Shown here: positions 14,022 to 15,692 of the stretch, piece by piece
Position numbering within the stretch: the stretch's first letter is position 1
Layout of the letters: each line of letters opens with the position of its first letter
Assembly: GCA_964389915.1 (NCBI GenBank)
Contig: CAYMGG010000120.1
Span: 1 to 15,692 of the forward strand
Reading direction: 5' to 3'
DNA: 15,692 nt
Source: an uncultured Planctomycetaceae bacterium
Lineage (GTDB): Bacteria > Planctomycetota > SZUA-567
The notes under the pieces: model-generated
Databases searched by the model: none
What the model saw: the letters and a program-made list of their open reading frames with translations, nothing else
What the model was told of the DNA's origin: nothing
Translations under genes and position numbers: made by a program

Positions 14022-14048
14022 GCCGCCAGGCATGGCTTGCCTGGCGGC
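14022..14048 (-). terminator. Hairpin downstream of cheW on the minus strand. It is a possible terminator of the chemotaxis operon with a displaced U-tract.
   Basis: GCCGCCAGGCA-tggct-TGCCTGGCGGC is a perfect 11-bp stem. On the minus strand the U-rich stretch GTTTTTATAAACATTT starts about 17 nt further downstream, so this is not a textbook intrinsic terminator. Confidence 0.3.
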
Positions 14049-14075
14049 GGGAGGGACTGGGTCGGGCCGGGAGAG

Positions 14076-14561
14076 CTAGACGGTCAGGGTGCAGGCTTCG
14101 TACAGCCGCTGGGGCGAGAGCAGGTGGATCAGCTCCTCGCCGTGGCGGCAGATGCCGCAGATGACGTAATTGGCGAAAGTTCCGGCGGCGTTTTCCGGCC
14201 GGCGGTGTTCCCAGCGGTCGATGAATTTCTCCTCCACCTGCACGATCTCCCGCACGCTGTCGGCATAGGCGCCGAAATTCGGTCCGGCGGTGGGTTTGAA
14301 ATAGATGATCAGGCCGTTGGGCGCGGGTTGCTCCTTCTGGCCGTGAAGGGCGGCGGCCAGGCTGACCACCAGGTTGATGGCCCCGCGGGTGTTGATGTAG
14401 CCCAGCACCATCTCGCCCGCATGCGGCACGGGCGTGATGGCCGAGGCCGGGCTCAATTCCTTGACCTCCCGGATGGCGGCGACATCGATGCCGCAGGGCC
14501 GGCCGCCGATCAGGAAGACATAGATGTTATGTTTGACCTTGGCGGAACTGCTGCTGGTCAC
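14076..14561 (-). CDS. cheW: Chemotaxis coupling protein CheW, 161 aa.
   Basis: GTG start at 14561 with AAGGAG 8 nt upstream; stop TAG at 14078..14076. It is a full CheW-like domain (IYVFLIGGRPCGIDVAAIREVKELSPASAITPVPHAGEMVLGYINTRGAINLVVSLAAAL ... GLIIYFKPTAGPNFGAYADSVREIVQV). It lies 28 bp downstream of the preceding chemotaxis gene. The antisense ORF 14037..14651 is rejected. Confidence 0.85.
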   Translation of the reverse strand: MTSSSSAKVKHNIYVFLIGGRPCGIDVAAIREVKELSPASAITPVPHAGEMVLGYINTRGAINLVVSLAAALHGQKEQPAPNGLIIYFKPTAGPNFGAYADSVREIVQVEEKFIDRWEHRRPENAAGTFANYVICGICRHGEELIHLLSPQRLYEACTLTV

Positions 14562-14589
14562 CAGTGGACTCCTTGGCGAAAAGGGCCGC

Positions 14590-15692
14590 TCAGCTGCACG
14601 AGGCGGCGGATAGATAGCGGTGCAACGTGTCGAGCAGCTGCTCGCGGTTGAGTTTGACCAGATATTCGTCGAAGCCGGCCGCCAGGCACTCCTGCCGGTC
14701 CTCCTCGGCGTCCAGCGCGGTCAGGGCGATGAGCGGCAGGCGTCGGCTGGCGTCGGCCTTGACCCGCCGGGCCAGCTCCCGCCCGTCCATCACCGGCATC
14801 TCCACGTCCGACAGGAGCAGGTCGTAGGCGTTGGCCTGCATCAGCTTGAGCGCCTCCTCGCCGTTGGCCACCGTGTCGATCTCCAGGTTTTCCTGGCGCA
14901 GGTAGTTGCGGATCAGCTGGCGGAAGAAGGGCGCATCCTCGGCCAGCAGCACGCGCTTGGGCCTATCCGGCCGGCGGGGGGAGCCGGCGGCGGCCGGCCG
15001 GCGGCGACCGCCTTCGCAAACGTGATAGATGTCGGGGAAGAGGGTGGTCTGGCCGTTGACCAGAGCCGTGCCCAGCAGTCCCGGGTCGGCTTCGGAATTG
15101 TCGCTGAAATCCACCCGCAGCGTGCAGATGCCGCAGATCTTGCTGGCCAGGACGGCGCAGTCCTTGGCCCCGTAGCGCGGGAAGATCAGGTACATGTCCT
15201 CCTCCAGCCGGACGGGGGAGACGGCCAGCGTCTTCTCCAGCAGGGCCAGGCGCACCGGCCGGCCGCCCACCCGGGCGTAGAGCGTCTGGCCCACCGATTC
15301 GATCTCGCCGCGGCCCACGGTCCGCAGGTGCTGGATGAAGGAGAGGCCGACGGCGAACCGCTCGTTGGGCGCGCCCTCGAAGACCAGGAACTTCTGGGCT
15401 TCGTCGGAGTGGGTGGCCGGGAACTGCGGCTCGCGCTCGACCGCGTCGAGATAATGCACCTCGCTCAGCGCGTGGCGGGCCAGCCCCTCCACGTCCAGGA
15501 TCAGCGCCACCTGGCCTTCGCCGATCACCGTCGCGCCCAGGTAGATCTTGAGCTCCTTCTGGGCCGGATGCATCGGCTTGACCACGATCTCCTCCATGTC
15601 CAGGGTCTGGTCGACCACCAGGCCGATCTTGCGCTCGCCGACCCGGACCACGGCCACGTCGAGCAGCGGCACGCCTCCGGCGGCGGCCAGGG
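14590..15692 (-). CDS. Chemotaxis signalling protein, C-terminal portion. It has two CheW-like domains followed by a CheY-like receiver domain (CheA-type hybrid or CheV-like). The ORF is open past the right window edge.
   Basis: Stop TGA at 14592..14590. The frame remains open to 15692 (...LAAAGGVPLLDVAVVRVGERKIGLVVDQTLDMEEIVVKP...GQVALILDV), so the GTG at 15672 used by the ORF track is not the true start. The second CheW-like domain is QKFLVFEGAPNERFAVGLSFIQHLRTVGRGEIESVGQTLYARVGGRPVRLALLEKTL ... LIFPRYGAKDCAVLASKICGICTLRVDF. The C-terminal REC domain is RVLLAEDAPFFRQLIRNYL...YDLLLSDVEMPVMDGRELARRVKAD...LPLIALTALDAEEDRQECLAAGFDEYLVKL. Confidence 0.8.
   Translation of the reverse strand, partial: LAAAGGVPLLDVAVVRVGERKIGLVVDQTLDMEEIVVKPMHPAQKELKIYLGATVIGEGQVALILDVEGLARHALSEVHYLDAVEREPQFPATHSDEAQKFLVFEGAPNERFAVGLSFIQHLRTVGRGEIESVGQTLYARVGGRPVRLALLEKTLAVSPVRLEEDMYLIFPRYGAKDCAVLASKICGICTLRVDFSDNSEADPGLLGTALVNGQTTLFPDIYHVCEGGRRRPAAAGSPRRPDRPKRVLLAEDAPFFRQLIRNYLRQENLEIDTVANGEEALKLMQANAYDLLLSDVEMPVMDGRELARRVKADASRRLPLIALTALDAEEDRQECLAAGFDEYLVKLNREQLLDTLHRYLSAASCS

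Noticed and set aside
14037-14651. Plus-strand 204-aa ORF.
   Set aside because: It is antisense to cheW and to the 3' end of the upstream chemotaxis gene, both supported by domain motifs.
1-15692. Mobile elements, CRISPR arrays, tRNA and rRNA genes.
   Set aside because: No transposase or integrase-like ORFs, no terminal inverted repeats flanking a compositional island, and no regularly spaced direct repeats were seen. No cloverleaf-capable sequence of about 75 nt with conserved GTTC/TTCGA boxes was seen either.

Overview
This is a high-GC (~65%) bacterial chromosomal segment, densely coding, with short AT-rich intergenic regions. I see no rRNA, tRNA, CRISPR array, or transposase/integrase-like genes. 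The window appears to hold 12 protein-coding genes in six functional blocks.

1. **MEDS + PAS sensor (1..848, minus, 5'-partial).** It runs off the left edge and is preceded by a 465-bp AT-rich leader.

2. **Putative sialic-acid-type catabolic operon (5839→1314, minus).** Five co-directional genes: GntR/FadR-family regulator, BNR/Asp-box sialidase-like protein, NanA/DapA-family aldolase, small membrane protein, and a beta-propeller hydrolase-like protein. The operon is fronted by a near-consensus sigma70 promoter that overlaps a perfect 16-bp GntR-type palindrome.

3. **Structured intergenic region (5955..6277).** About 320 bp, bracketed by two terminator-like hairpins and containing tandem GC-rich hairpins that share a GGAGAGGGAG motif.

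4. **802-aa hypothetical protein (6278..8686, minus)** with an internal tandem duplication and no family I can recognise. It is transcribed divergently from an AraC-family regulator with a PocR-like N-terminal sensor domain (8818..9672, plus).

5. **Sigma54-dependent response regulator (9723..11135, minus).** It is divergent from a two-gene plus-strand unit: a 79-aa membrane protein and a 696-aa flotillin/SPFH (YqiK-like) protein. That unit ends in a textbook intrinsic terminator.

6. **Chemotaxis genes at the right edge (minus).** CheW, preceded by the 3' portion of a protein with two CheW-like domains and a receiver domain.

The most promising candidates for undescribed biology are the duplicated 802-aa protein under a PocR-AraC regulator, the structured intergenic element, and the oddly composed GntR operon, in which every enzyme is cytoplasmic. 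No homology search was possible; all domain calls rest on motifs read directly from the translations.
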